Source: Oikopleura dioica (taxonomy: Eukaryota; Animalia; Chordata). Taken from it: a stretch of DNA of 64,000 nucleotides. A model generated the notes under the pieces. The model worked only from the letters and a program-made list of their open reading frames with translations, made no database searches and was not told the origin of the DNA. The stretch is from NCBI GenBank assembly GCA_907165135.1, contig OU015566.1, positions 7,130,001 to 7,194,000 of the forward strand, read 5' to 3'. Shown here piece by piece: positions 49,134-59,697 of the stretch (the stretch's first letter is position 1; each line of letters starts with the position of its first letter). Both the position numbers and the translations under genes were made by a program.

Positions 49134-49709
49134 TTTATCATCGATTTTGAGGATCGTTTCCTTTTCGTTTTCTTCCTTTCTTTCTTCGACCAGTGGCTCA
49201 AGACACTCACAAGTCTGAACATACCATTTAGAAATTTTTTCCTCTAAGTGACAAAGTCCGTGACTCTGACTGTACAATTACCCTCTGAGAGCTTGCATCT
49301 TCCTTTTGTCATGATGAACTTTGTAGGTCAAAAAGTGGTTAGTAGGGATTGGTGGTTAGCGGCTTCTGAAATCTCTCTATTTTCTGTCTATCTTAAATTC
49401 TGGCCAGTTCTTTTTTCCTTGTTTTGCCCCGGGGCGAGAGCGACCAGAGGCGATCTTCCCTGTCGGATGAAAATCGAGGCTCAGCCTTGCGCTTGGGATT
49501 ATCTCTTCTGAGCGGTTACTCTGTCTCTTTTCATATTTCAACGGCGATTTTCTCATCTCCTCGGAAGATGACGCTTCTGATTTTACTTGTAAGCCATTAA
49601 TATTTACAGTGGAGGAATGATCCTCTCATACTAATGCACATGGTGACATGTCCAGCAGATTACTAATTCAGCACTTGTAGCACTTGATAAAGGGTGAGAT
49701 TCTTTACTT

Positions 49710-50290
49710 AGATGAAATTAAATAACTTTTGCAGCAGAAATTTTGACTTGTCGATTTTTTGAGCTCAGTAGAAAGAGCGAGAAATTCTGAGTCGAACCCA
49801 CTTTCCCATGAGGAAAATTTTCTAGAGAATGACGTCGCAAATGACGTCATAAGGTACCAAAACCGAAAACTTTGAGTCGGTTTTGAAAGCCTTTCCGATG
49901 GATATTTCAAGTGTTCAATGGGTCAAATGGAAGCTCAGAAGAAACTGAAGGTTCATTTTAGATGATTTTCGGAAAATTTCAAAAAATTGGCTCTAGAATT
50001 TTTGAAAAATTTTTGTAAAAATAAAAATATCAAAAATGAACCTTAAATTTTGATAAGCTTTCATTTGAGCTATTTCACGCCGAAAATAACCAACTGAAAG
50101 GCATCTAAAAAGTGACTCAAAGTTTGCCCAAAATGGCTATTTTTGCCATCTTCTCAGGTCCCCTGTGACGTCATCGTCTGGTATTTTTGGTCAAATTTTG
50201 ACCAATCGAGTCAGAATTTTCCGGGCTTTCTTTAGAGCCCAAAAATGAATGGGTCAATTTTTTTGCTGCAAAAAGTTTTTAATTTCATCT
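49710..50290. repeat. Degenerate long palindrome / foldback element, about 580 bp
   Basis: Nested arm matches: AGATGAAATT..AACTTTTGCAGCA (49710-), CTTTGAGTC..GAAAGCCTTTC, GAAGGTTCATTTT and their complements, centred near 49995. Confidence 0.75.
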
Positions 50291-51842
50291 TAGAAAATAA
50301 AAAAACAGAAGTAATCTTAAAACAAAAATTTTGATATTCAATTTTCATCCTTGAAAGAAAAGGGCTGAAAATGATGAAAATGATGCAATAAAAAAGTTGA
50401 TGAACTTTGCGTTATTCTTCTTTTCAAGGTAACTTGATTCTTGGAGCTATTCTGCTTCGACGCATAAAGATTCAATGATATTAGCCCACTGAATTTTGAT
50501 ATTCGCCAAAATGTCTAACGGGAATGTTCACATTTAGTGACATTTCCGAGCATTTTGTCGCTTGATATTTCATCGTTTCTTAATTTCAGAAATGAAGCAA
50601 ATTCTCTTGCTCATTATTTTCATCGAAAGTAAGACTGATCACTGCCATGTTGAACAGAAAACAAAGCGGTCATTCGACCAAGAGCCATTTTTTGATGAAA
50701 ATGACTGTTTATATTTTAAACTTTGTCTAACCCGCATCGAGCAAGATAAATTAATTGCTGTACAATTTTAATGAACTTAAAATTTGCAATTTTTTCATGA
50801 AAAAAAAGCAGAAAAACGCTTCAATTTGAGGACTTTAGTTCGTCGAAAAAGTGAGCTCAAGTTGAAAGTCAATAATTGATGCAGCGATCCAGCCAGGCGG
50901 ATAATTCCGCTATCCTTGGGATTGTTCGTGCTTATCCTCGCGAAGCAATTTACGTAGCAATAATTACGAAGAAGCCCTCTCGTTTTTTATCGATTTCAAA
51001 ACGGAAGTGAATAGAATAATGATGATTTCTTTCTCCGAAAATAGACAGATTTACTCAATATTCTTCTAGCATTGGGAAGAACAAGGGTTTCTTTGGAGAA
51101 ACATTGATATTGATATTCCTTTCTATCAGTTAAGGCCTTTGATTCAATTGAATCAAAGAAACAAGGATGTTACTAAAATTATTCAATTTTCCTTTTCATT
51201 CAACTGAATCAGTCGAACGGATTGATATGTTATTTTATGATTGATGGCTCTTTGTATTTAGTAATGTTTAAGCTGTGTCTATGGTTATAACTTATAACCT
51301 GCTCTTACTATTAACTTCCTTGTTCAATAAATGTAGCTCCATTAAACTAGTTACCAAAATAAACGTATCCGCAAATTAAATTTGACATGCGATTATTGTA
51401 ACTATAGCTGTAATTACATTTCTTTTCAGCAAAGCACTTATTGCTCTTAATTAAAAAATAAACGAAGATGTAAAGTGGAAAACTAAAACACCCAAAAGTT
51501 TAGGGCCAAAACCCCAAGAGTAAAATTTACTCAGTAAATGAACTTGGTTACTAAGAAATGCTTCATCAAGCATGATTTTCAAAAGCAGCTTTTATGACGA
51601 AAATAAAAAGAGATTACCTGGCTAATTCATCATCATTTTCGAAAAAATAAAATAATTTTCTTTTGCCCAAGTTACGGAGAATACCAGTTAAATTTCTTCG
51701 ACAAAAGCCCTCAAATGAATAAAGCCGTTATCGCATGGAGAAGTGCAGGGAAGATTTTAATCAGTTAAGTATTTGCAAAATCATTCATTAGAGCTTTATT
51801 TGCGTCAATGTTTTCTTCTGGAATCTTCTTCTGGAGAGAATT

Positions 51843-52018
51843 CAGGGTTCAAATTTTTGACGAAAAAATGTTGAGCTGAGCGAGCGGCTGAGCGGTCGGC
51901 CGCGAAAAATTCTTGAGCAGTTGAGCGGTAAGTCAAAAAGAGCCCTGAGCTGAGCAGACGCTCATCGCTCGCTCACCGCTTAGATACCGCTCGACGCTCA
52001 ACCAAAATCGGAACCCTG
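51843..52018. mobile_element. hAT-type MITE, about 176 bp
   Basis: CAGGGTTC / GAACCCTG termini, flanking duplication GAGAGAAT (51834-41 and 52019-26, one-base ambiguity on the left), and internal GAGC/GCTC repeats. Confidence 0.75.
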
Positions 52019-53132
52019 GAGAGAATATTCTCGAAATTGAAGTTTTCCTGAAGAAATCTATGCATCATTATTGATTATTATTAATAAACATAAATATGCA
52101 AATTAGGTTGGTAGATTGCAGAAAAGATTTGTGACCGATGATGATTTCTCGCTATTTTTGACGATATCAACACAGCGTTCTAACGATAAAGATATCCTTA
52201 GCATCTCCGCTTTTGAGATAATTTTAACGAAAACTTGATTAAAATCGTCCGATTTTTGTTGCGAAAAGTTGGAATCACTTTCTGGAAAACAAAAATTCTC
52301 CAAATAAGCAATTTTTATTCCGTTCCATTTTAAAAACTTTACTATGAAATTCTAGCCATATCATTTGGCCTCATGCCAGTTTGAGATAAAAAAAACCTTC
52401 TAAAATAGAAGAAAGGCTCGTTCGAAGGTTGACGTGCTGCCAAATTATGATCGTTTGCACCACCAACAGCAGCAGTGCTGGCGCACGACCAAAAACGAGC
52501 TGGCTAAGGAATCCCCTTTATACCGGGGTTCTGTATTCTGGTTGTTTAGAAATTTAACCATATTCTGCGCGAAGTAAAAGAACCTCAGAGCATTCTATGA
52601 TTTTTTGCTGTTACATAAGGGTGTGAAGTTACATTCTCTCTTTAGTAAAGAGTCTTTACCCTTGCGCATAGAGTTTACGCGTGAAAAAACGGTGATTGTT
52701 GCCTGGAGATCTGCGATAGAAAATAAGAAACTCGATAGGACAGTTGTTCCACTTTAAGTAGTGACAGTCACTAATAGTGACAGTGTCACTTTGCTGTTTC
52801 GGTTTTGCTGTTCCTTTATTTGCGAAAACACGTAAGCCTGTCTCTTTACTCAAGCTAAAGTTCATCAAGGTCCCTTTTTTATTGTACTTTTTAGGCTACT
52901 GATACCCTTGTGGCTCCTAACATATGAGTTGAATAAGGGTGTCACCGCAGAAAAGCTTATAAATCATAAATCCAGTGATTTGAAGAAAAATCTTTTGAGG
53001 ATTTAAAAATGATTGTATTTAAAATGAATGTACAAATAAATAATTGTTCAAGATAAAAATGATGATGACAGTAAATAAATAGAAACAGATTTCCTGATTT
53101 TTTGTTGATAATAATTTTTTAAATCTAAGAAT

Positions 53133-54215
53133 TTATGATTCTACGTCTATTTCTTCGTCGAAATCTTCATCGATCGTTTTCGGGGAGCTGGAAGGACTTT
53201 CGATGGAGGATTTTCGAAGTTGATTTGTAACGAAAGCGCGTGCTTGAAGAAATTTCTGGTCTGCGTGCGCGTGCATCTTCGTGCAGCCGCAGTTGCAGTC
53301 CAGATCGAAGGTTGAGGTAATGACGGAGACGTGCACCGGCTCGGGTTGATTTGGCTTGTACGGGTGGCCGGGACGCTGGCGAGGCGCAATCGCTGCCTGG
53401 TTGAAGGTAAATGGGTTCGATTCTTCCTTCGAGCGCGGGGTGATCTGGCCCGAGGGGAGGGAAGAAAAGTTGAAGGGAGATCGCGGTGATACAGGGGTGG
53501 AGTCTGCGGAGCTGAGCGGCGATGTAGGAAGAGAAGAAGTCGGCGAAGAAGGAGAAGAGGAGTTGAAGCTCGAAAGAGTCCTCCTGCAATTTTTCCAGGC
53601 ATTTCGTTGGTTCTTCAGGGCGGCCTTTTGCTCTCGCATGCGAGCTCGATCCTCTTTCAGTGCTGAAAACAGATTGTTAGAACAAAGTTCATCAATTGCC
53701 AATTGGTTTTCTGTTGCTACTTTCGAAAATGAGTCTAATTTGTAATTGCGGTTTATAGTAAAAACACGGGTCGACTCACCTCGCAGCCGCATCGGGTTCC
53801 AAGCGCAGTAGGTCTTGTGTCTGACGACCCCCTTTTGATTCTGGAAGAAGCGGTTGCACCACTCGCACTGATGACGATCCGGGTGAAGAGGAGTGGGTGA
53901 AGTGGGTTCCTGTTTGACGGCTAGAAGATTAAGCGTAAATGTCTTTTCGCACGATGGAATTTGAAAGTAAAGGGCAGCACTGACTTTTACGAGCCCTCGT
54001 GAGTTTTTTCTCGACTTACTTGGCGCTAGCTCTTCTTTTTCCCAATCGCGGAGGGAGGGGTTCCAGCTGCAGTAAGCTCTGTGCCTCAGTAAACCAGACG
54101 GTTGCTGAAGATTTCTCCTGCACCAGCGGCATTGGTAGCCGTCTTCTGTCTTCGCCTCGGCGATTATTGCTGCTGTTTCTGCGTCTCTGACTGTAAGTTC
54201 ACTGTCGACCGTCAT
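53133..54215 (-). CDS. C2HC zinc-finger protein: two C-x2-C-x12-H-x3-C-xWNP fingers, coiled coil, Ser/Pro-rich tail
   Basis: YQCRWCRRNLQQPSGLLRHRAYCSWNP and HQCEWCNRFFQNQKGVVRHKTYCAWNP. The ORF probably includes a 45-nt in-frame intron (53735-53779) and possibly a 60-nt one (53921-53980). Confidence 0.85.
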   Translation of the reverse strand: MTVDSELTVRDAETAAIIAEAKTEDGYQCRWCRRNLQQPSGLLRHRAYCSWNPSLRDWEKEELAPSKSRKNSRGLVKVSAALYFQIPSCEKTFTLNLLAVKQEPTSPTPLHPDRHQCEWCNRFFQNQKGVVRHKTYCAWNPMRLRGESTRVFTINRNYKLDSFSKVATENQLAIDELCSNNLFSALKEDRARMREQKAALKNQRNAWKNCRRTLSSFNSSSPSSPTSSLPTSPLSSADSTPVSPRSPFNFSSLPSGQITPRSKEESNPFTFNQAAIAPRQRPGHPYKPNQPEPVHVSVITSTFDLDCNCGCTKMHAHADQKFLQARAFVTNQLRKSSIESPSSSPKTIDEDFDEEIDVES

Positions 54216-54356
54216 TTTTTGCTTGAAGTTTTGTTGCTTTTATATCTCGGGCGAAAATGGGGTAACGGAGACTCTTTTTTGTTGACTCGACCTGGCTTTT
54301 CGGAAAAATAAAGCGCTGGCCAAAAAAATAAGTTGATTGAGCGATAGGCTGGCCCC

Positions 54357-54364
54357 TATTTATA
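54357..54364 (-). promoter_or_regulatory. TATA box of the zinc-finger gene
   Basis: TATAAATA on the minus strand about 140 nt upstream of the ATG, followed about 30 nt later by TCAATCA. A CpG-rich block lies further upstream at 54370-54510. Confidence 0.55.
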
Positions 54365-54708
54365 ATGTTACGAGGCGCAAGTGCGCCGCGGAAACGTGTC
54401 TTCCCAAGGTCATCCGGACGCGAATATTGTGGCGCGGTAGATGGCGCGCGTCATCTAAAAGCGCGCGCACACTCTCTCTCTTGAATCGCGGGGACTTACG
54501 GCGACTGAAAATGATCCAGGGAAGAAGAATCATCGGGTAAGATTGGAGACTCGACATGCATCAGCACTTCTGTGCATAACGAACTGGAAATAACACCTTG
54601 TTGTTACTTGCTATACTTGCAATAACCAACACTTGCTGATAGACATAAAAGAGTCCATATAACAATAGACTTTTATCTTCATCGTAGTCAACATTATATA
54701 ATATAAAG

Positions 54709-55266
54709 GAAATAAGGAGACTCTTTGGAAACTGGGAAACTGGACGGGTGAAAGTTATTAATGAACTTACTTAGTTTCTCCTCGAACCAGACAATTTCAT
54801 GTAGTTAGACCAACAACAGCGATATTTACGATACCAGCACAGGGGTCCCGGTTATTCGAAAAAGAGAACGTCAGAGAATTCATGCTATCTATGATTAATA
54901 CCAGCTATGGTTTAAAACTAGCGATATTTACCAGCTAGAATAGTATTTATGATACTATAGATAAATTATATTTAGATGATATATTATATATATTATATCA
55001 TTTAAATATCATTTATCTATATCATAAATACTATTCTAGCTGGTAAATATCGCTAGTTTTAAACCATAGCTGGTTTTAATCATAGATAGCATGAATTCTC
55101 TGACGTTTTCTTTTTACGAATTACCGGGACCCCTGTGCTGGTATCGTAAATATCGCTGTTGTTCGTCTAACTAAATAAAGTTGTCTGGTTCAAGGAGAAA
55201 CTAAGTAAGTTAATTAATAACTTTCACCCGTCCAGTTTCCCAGTTTTCAAAGAGTCTCCTTATTTC
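54709..55266. repeat. Near-perfect 558-bp palindrome with ~270-bp arms and an AT-rich centre
   Basis: GAAATAAGGAGACTCTTTG... at 54709 and ...CAAAGAGTCTCCTTATTTC at 55266. The arms pair along their whole length with scattered mismatches; centre about 54988. Confidence 0.92.
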
Positions 55267-56586
55267 GATAATTTGTTTTATGACAGCAGCAAAGAACATT
55301 TTAATCGAGGTCTATTTTTTCTGAAAACAAGTCATTATACCTTGATTATTGAAATTTAGACAGAGAGAGAAAACGATTGCTCAATAACTTCCTGCTTTTC
55401 ATTTCATTTTCATAACAAAATAGGTTTATTTTCTTTTCTTAAGAAAAATAGGGAAATGATGCTTTGAGTCTAAATTTGGCGAACACGCGAATCGAAAAAT
55501 CCATAAACGTTTTCAAAAGTGCTTATTTTAACTCAAAACAAAAAGTACAAATTATAGACAACTAAGTTGTTATGAAACAACACGATTTCGTTATTCGCTC
55601 AAAAATGAACTATTTGAGAATAGTGTTGCTACTATTTTTGCGTAAATGTTTTGAGAAATTAAGATTCTTGGGACAAGATTTCCAAAGCTAGAAATATTAG
55701 TAGTTAGTACAACATTTTATCGTAAAGTTGATTATCTATTATCATTGACCCAGATTTTCTTATTGATCTGAATTCAAGAGTTAACACAGTGACACCCTTA
55801 TTTTTTCAATGGATTATTCAAAATTGGGGTAGAACAAATTTTTGGAACAGATTTTTATAGGAAGGGTTTTGATTGGCCGGTAGGCCAAATACAGCAATCT
55901 TATTGGTTATCCAAAAATTCACTTCCAAAAATTGGGTTAGTCCCAAAATTGGGTCTGTAACTTGGAAAAATTAATTGTCAGTTTTCGCCAAGACCTTCGC
56001 TAATTTTCTGGTTTACCCACTTTTACCCCTTAATTTTTGATCAAATATTTCCAGTAACTTCCGCAGCGGACTCTGACTCATAACTAAGAATCTTCCTCAA
56101 CCTCGTGATTTTCCACCGGGCCGGGATCACTGGATCTAGATAAGTAAGTTTTTGTTTGTCTTTGTTGTTTGAAACGCTCCAAACAAGATGACGAGCGTTG
56201 GAGAAATTTTCTGGGTTGCACTGATAAAGATTTCAAAAGAGCTCGGAGCTGTTACGTTTATTTATCGTAAGAAGCTGTTTTTCTGGAAACGAGTGAAGCT
56301 TTCGTAGCGCATTAAAACCGTGAGACAAGGTCAGGTGCGTCAGGGCGGACAGACTTTACGACTCTCTCTGGGGGGCGGTTTTTTGTCTGGAATCACTCAA
56401 GGATAGCTTTAAAGCTTAGGAGTAAGATCGGCAGTATCAAAATATAGGATACTAGACTCTTATGAGTGTGTTATTGTGACACCGTTTCACCTTTTACGAC
56501 TAAAAAAATATAATAATTATACAGATATAGAGTCTATTTAAAATCTCTGACGTTATGAGTCTAGTCGTTTTCATAAGTAAGAGATA

Positions 56587-57871
56587 ACGTACCCCACCCC
56601 CTAGCTCGCCCACATTTTGTGAACATTTTTCCCTTGCTCGCTTAGTTAAATTTCATCAAAGTCCCCTTGCTCGCTCTCATTCTTTTTTCAGCGCGCTCCA
56701 TTAATCGCCATCCTTCTTTTTACCTCGCGCGCCCTTGTTCGCTCCTCCTCAGCCATTTTTCCCTTGTTCGCCGCAAGACCGCCAAAGCCTGGCTCGGCTT
56801 AGGTCGCTTTTACTTTCCACTCAAGCTTTTCATAGGGAACTATATTTTCGATTTCAATGAATATTTTTAATCAATTTTGAGCGGGTAGTTTACCCCTGCG
56901 ATTTTCAAAAATTACACAGGAGACTTCTGTAATTTCTTTGAACACTATTTTCATTTGTTTCGTCAAAAACAAATAATCTCAACCAGAGTTCCGAATTCAC
57001 CTCACCCAAGTTTCACCTAGGTGAAGGTGGGTGAAAGTGAAAAATAGGCTTCACCTATCATTCACCTAAAATTTTTCACCTCAACTCACCTCACTTGAAA
57101 TTTTGAAAAATTGGCTTTCACCCAAATTCACCTTTAGGTGAAAACTTTTCACCTCACCTTATTTTTTTGAAAATAGGCTTTCACCTTAGTTCACCCAAAG
57201 GTGAGGTTTGGTCGAAATTTTTCGCCTCACCCTTGGGTGAAGGTGAAAGGATGAATTTGGAACTCTGATCTCAACTAACTCGAAAGATATGCATTTTTCA
57301 AGGTGAAAAATAGGGGAACACTATCCGCTCAACCCACTGTAACCTAGATTTATCCGTTAATTCTTTCGAGAAATCTCAATAAATGAATTTTGAGAAAGAA
57401 GGCATGAGATTTTTAATAAAGACAGTCTCAAAGTCTCAATCCGAGTATTCCGAGTACTTATGTTTACTTAAAATTGAGCCCCAAATTTTCTCCTTATGAA
57501 GAAGATATGAAAATTTGACAAAATGGACGTGAAAGAGCATAAAAAGATAAGTTTGCTTGGAAAAAATCATGAAAATAAAGCTAAAAAGCCTTTTAAAAGT
57601 GAAAACGAAAATGAGCTACGCGTAATAAGACGTTCTCGCGGGGCTTCAAGAGCGAACAAGGGATAAATGACGGAGAAAGGCGGGCGAGCAAAGGTGCGCC
57701 GTTGAAGCCAAGGAGGGCGAACAAGGGGGCGTAGAATGCAAAAGAAGGAAAGCGACCAACGGATCTTGGTAACAAAAAGCGAGCGACCAAGGGGGGTCTT
57801 GTTGTAGTTTAACTCAGCGAGTAAGGGAAAAATGCTCACAAAATGTGGGCGAGCAAGGGGGTGGGGTACGT
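56587..57871. mobile_element. Non-autonomous DNA transposon with ~100-bp TIRs, about 1.29 kb, hosting a nested MITE
   Basis: ACGTACCCCACCCC..GCTCGCCCACATTTTGTGA.CATTTTTCCCTT.CTCGC at the left end and its complement at the right end. TA flanks both ends, with subterminal CCTTG(C/T)TCGC repeats. Confidence 0.8.
56984..57267. mobile_element. hAT-type MITE, 284 bp, nested in the larger element
   Basis: TIR CAGAGTTCC(G/A)AATTCA, exact 8-bp TSD ATCTCAAC (56976-83 and 57268-75), and an interior made of TTCACC/GGTGAA repeats. Confidence 0.9.
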
Positions 57872-59539
57872 TAGTATTTTGAGAACTACAAAAACAGATA
57901 GTATATAAATTGAAAAGATAACAATTAAAATATAGCTATATAGACAACGATTAAAAAGAAATTGTCGTGGATGATATAATCGACTACAATTGAGATATAA
58001 TTCTTATAAACACAGTTTAGCTCAATTTTCTATTCTAATAATTCAGTTCTCTTTGATTTCAACACTTGTCGAAAAATTGATGCTGGTTAATGCTTAGACT
58101 AAATCTATTCTAGCTTCATGCACAGCTATGAAGAAATGGCGACTGATTCAATCATTGCATTTCTCCAATTTAATTATCGATAGAATTTATTGAATTCAAG
58201 TGATTGCGTTAGAACTCAAGTCTAGGGGCAAAGGTAGAAAATTATTGAAAAATCAATTTAATTCGCAATCCAAGAAAAAGGCACTGGAAATTGATCAGCC
58301 AGTGCTTTTTTAGCCGAGTGCTGACGCAATTTCCTGTCGATCTCGGGTGGAAATATGGTCATTTTTTGAATTTTGCTTGATTCGTTTTTTATGCGTTTGA
58401 AAAATGAATCCAAATCAATGATGGTATTTGATTCAATCATTTCTTTATTTTATTGCACGCAGATAATTTTACAGTATGAAAGTGACCCTAAAGAATTTTT
58501 GAAGAAGCGTGACTCTTAGACTTGAAAAACAACATCGTAAATTGTTTAGCACCATATTTGACTTATTATATTTCCGAGGATAAAAGTAATAAGGGCAGCC
58601 ACGGATAACGATCAAATAAAAAGGCAGTAAGTATATTCTGCTTTCAGATAGAATCTTTCCTGTAAGGGACTCCCTATCGTGAGGGTCCCTACCCTAGGTG
58701 ACCCTAGGGTTAGGGTTAGGGTGCGACCCAAAGTTCGCTAAATTTTGGATGAGTTTCCATCGTTGGTCAAGACCGTATTCAAAGAAAGTCAAAAAGAGTC
58801 AAAAAATTGATGATATGTGAGGGCGAATATTTATGATTCGGCTCGTAAAAGTTTCCAGAGCTTGCATAACCCCAAGGTCAATTGAATTGACCCAGGAATT
58901 GCTCGAAGGCCATTTGACGAAATCTGGAATTGTCTCGACTCCCGTCACCAAAATCAACTTTGAGATTCAGAGTCAGATAGAACAATCCATGACGAATAAT
59001 TACTGTATCATAGGACAGTATGGGAGAGTAATTATAAGTTATTACTCAGGAAGATTCTTATATCCATTTCCATGAAGACTTGTTAGTCATGTTCGATCAC
59101 CATGATCATCATCTTAAGATTCTCCTGTCTTATTCAGAATATCTCCAAAATAACAATCATCAAATCACTACCAATTGAATTCCAATTCACGCATATTTTT
59201 GTGCGTGTATTTGCCGATAAAAATGACTCCTTCTTTCGCCAAATTGACAAGTTATCAATTCAAGAAGAATTGTCATGCCTTCTCATTTACGTCACTTGGA
59301 AATCAGGGGAAAAATCCGCTGGGAGACAATTTTTTTTCTCACCAGGCGTTTATCACGTGATAGCCTTTGTTTTATGGCATGTTGGAAGGGACATGCCGGC
59401 TTTGAGAAGATTCGTTTTGTCGAGGGTTGAATATACAGAAGATTCTCATGAAGGCATTTGTTCGCCTCAAGTTTATACCTAATGGCCCATTAGTAATTGG
59501 TAGCCCTTATGATTAGGGACCCTAATTTAGGGTTAGGAG

Positions 59540-59697
59540 CTGGGCTCGGCAACCTGTGTAAAAGGCCTGAGTCAGGGTCTGAAAGAGTTGAATGAAAAGC
59601 CGCGCAGCTTTTCTGCTTTGTTTTTGAAAAAGCCGCTGCGCGGCTTTTCAGTTCAGTTCCCCTGACACAGGCTTTCTACACAGGTTGCCGAGCTCAG
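59540..59697. repeat. Short foldback element, 158 bp
   Basis: CTGGGCTCGGCAACCTGTGTAAAAGGCCTGAGTCAGGG pairs with CCCCTGACACAGGCTTTCTACACAGGTTGCCGAGCTCAG. There is an inner GAAAAGCCGCGCAGC inverted pair. Confidence 0.75.

Noticed and set aside
46469-49996. TCTAGA words as male-specific promoter motifs
   Set aside because: A 6-mer at roughly background frequency, with no TSS information.
53147-53745. Three extra ORFs overlapping the zinc-finger gene
   Set aside because: They arise from GC-rich Ser/Pro codons, with no independent evidence.
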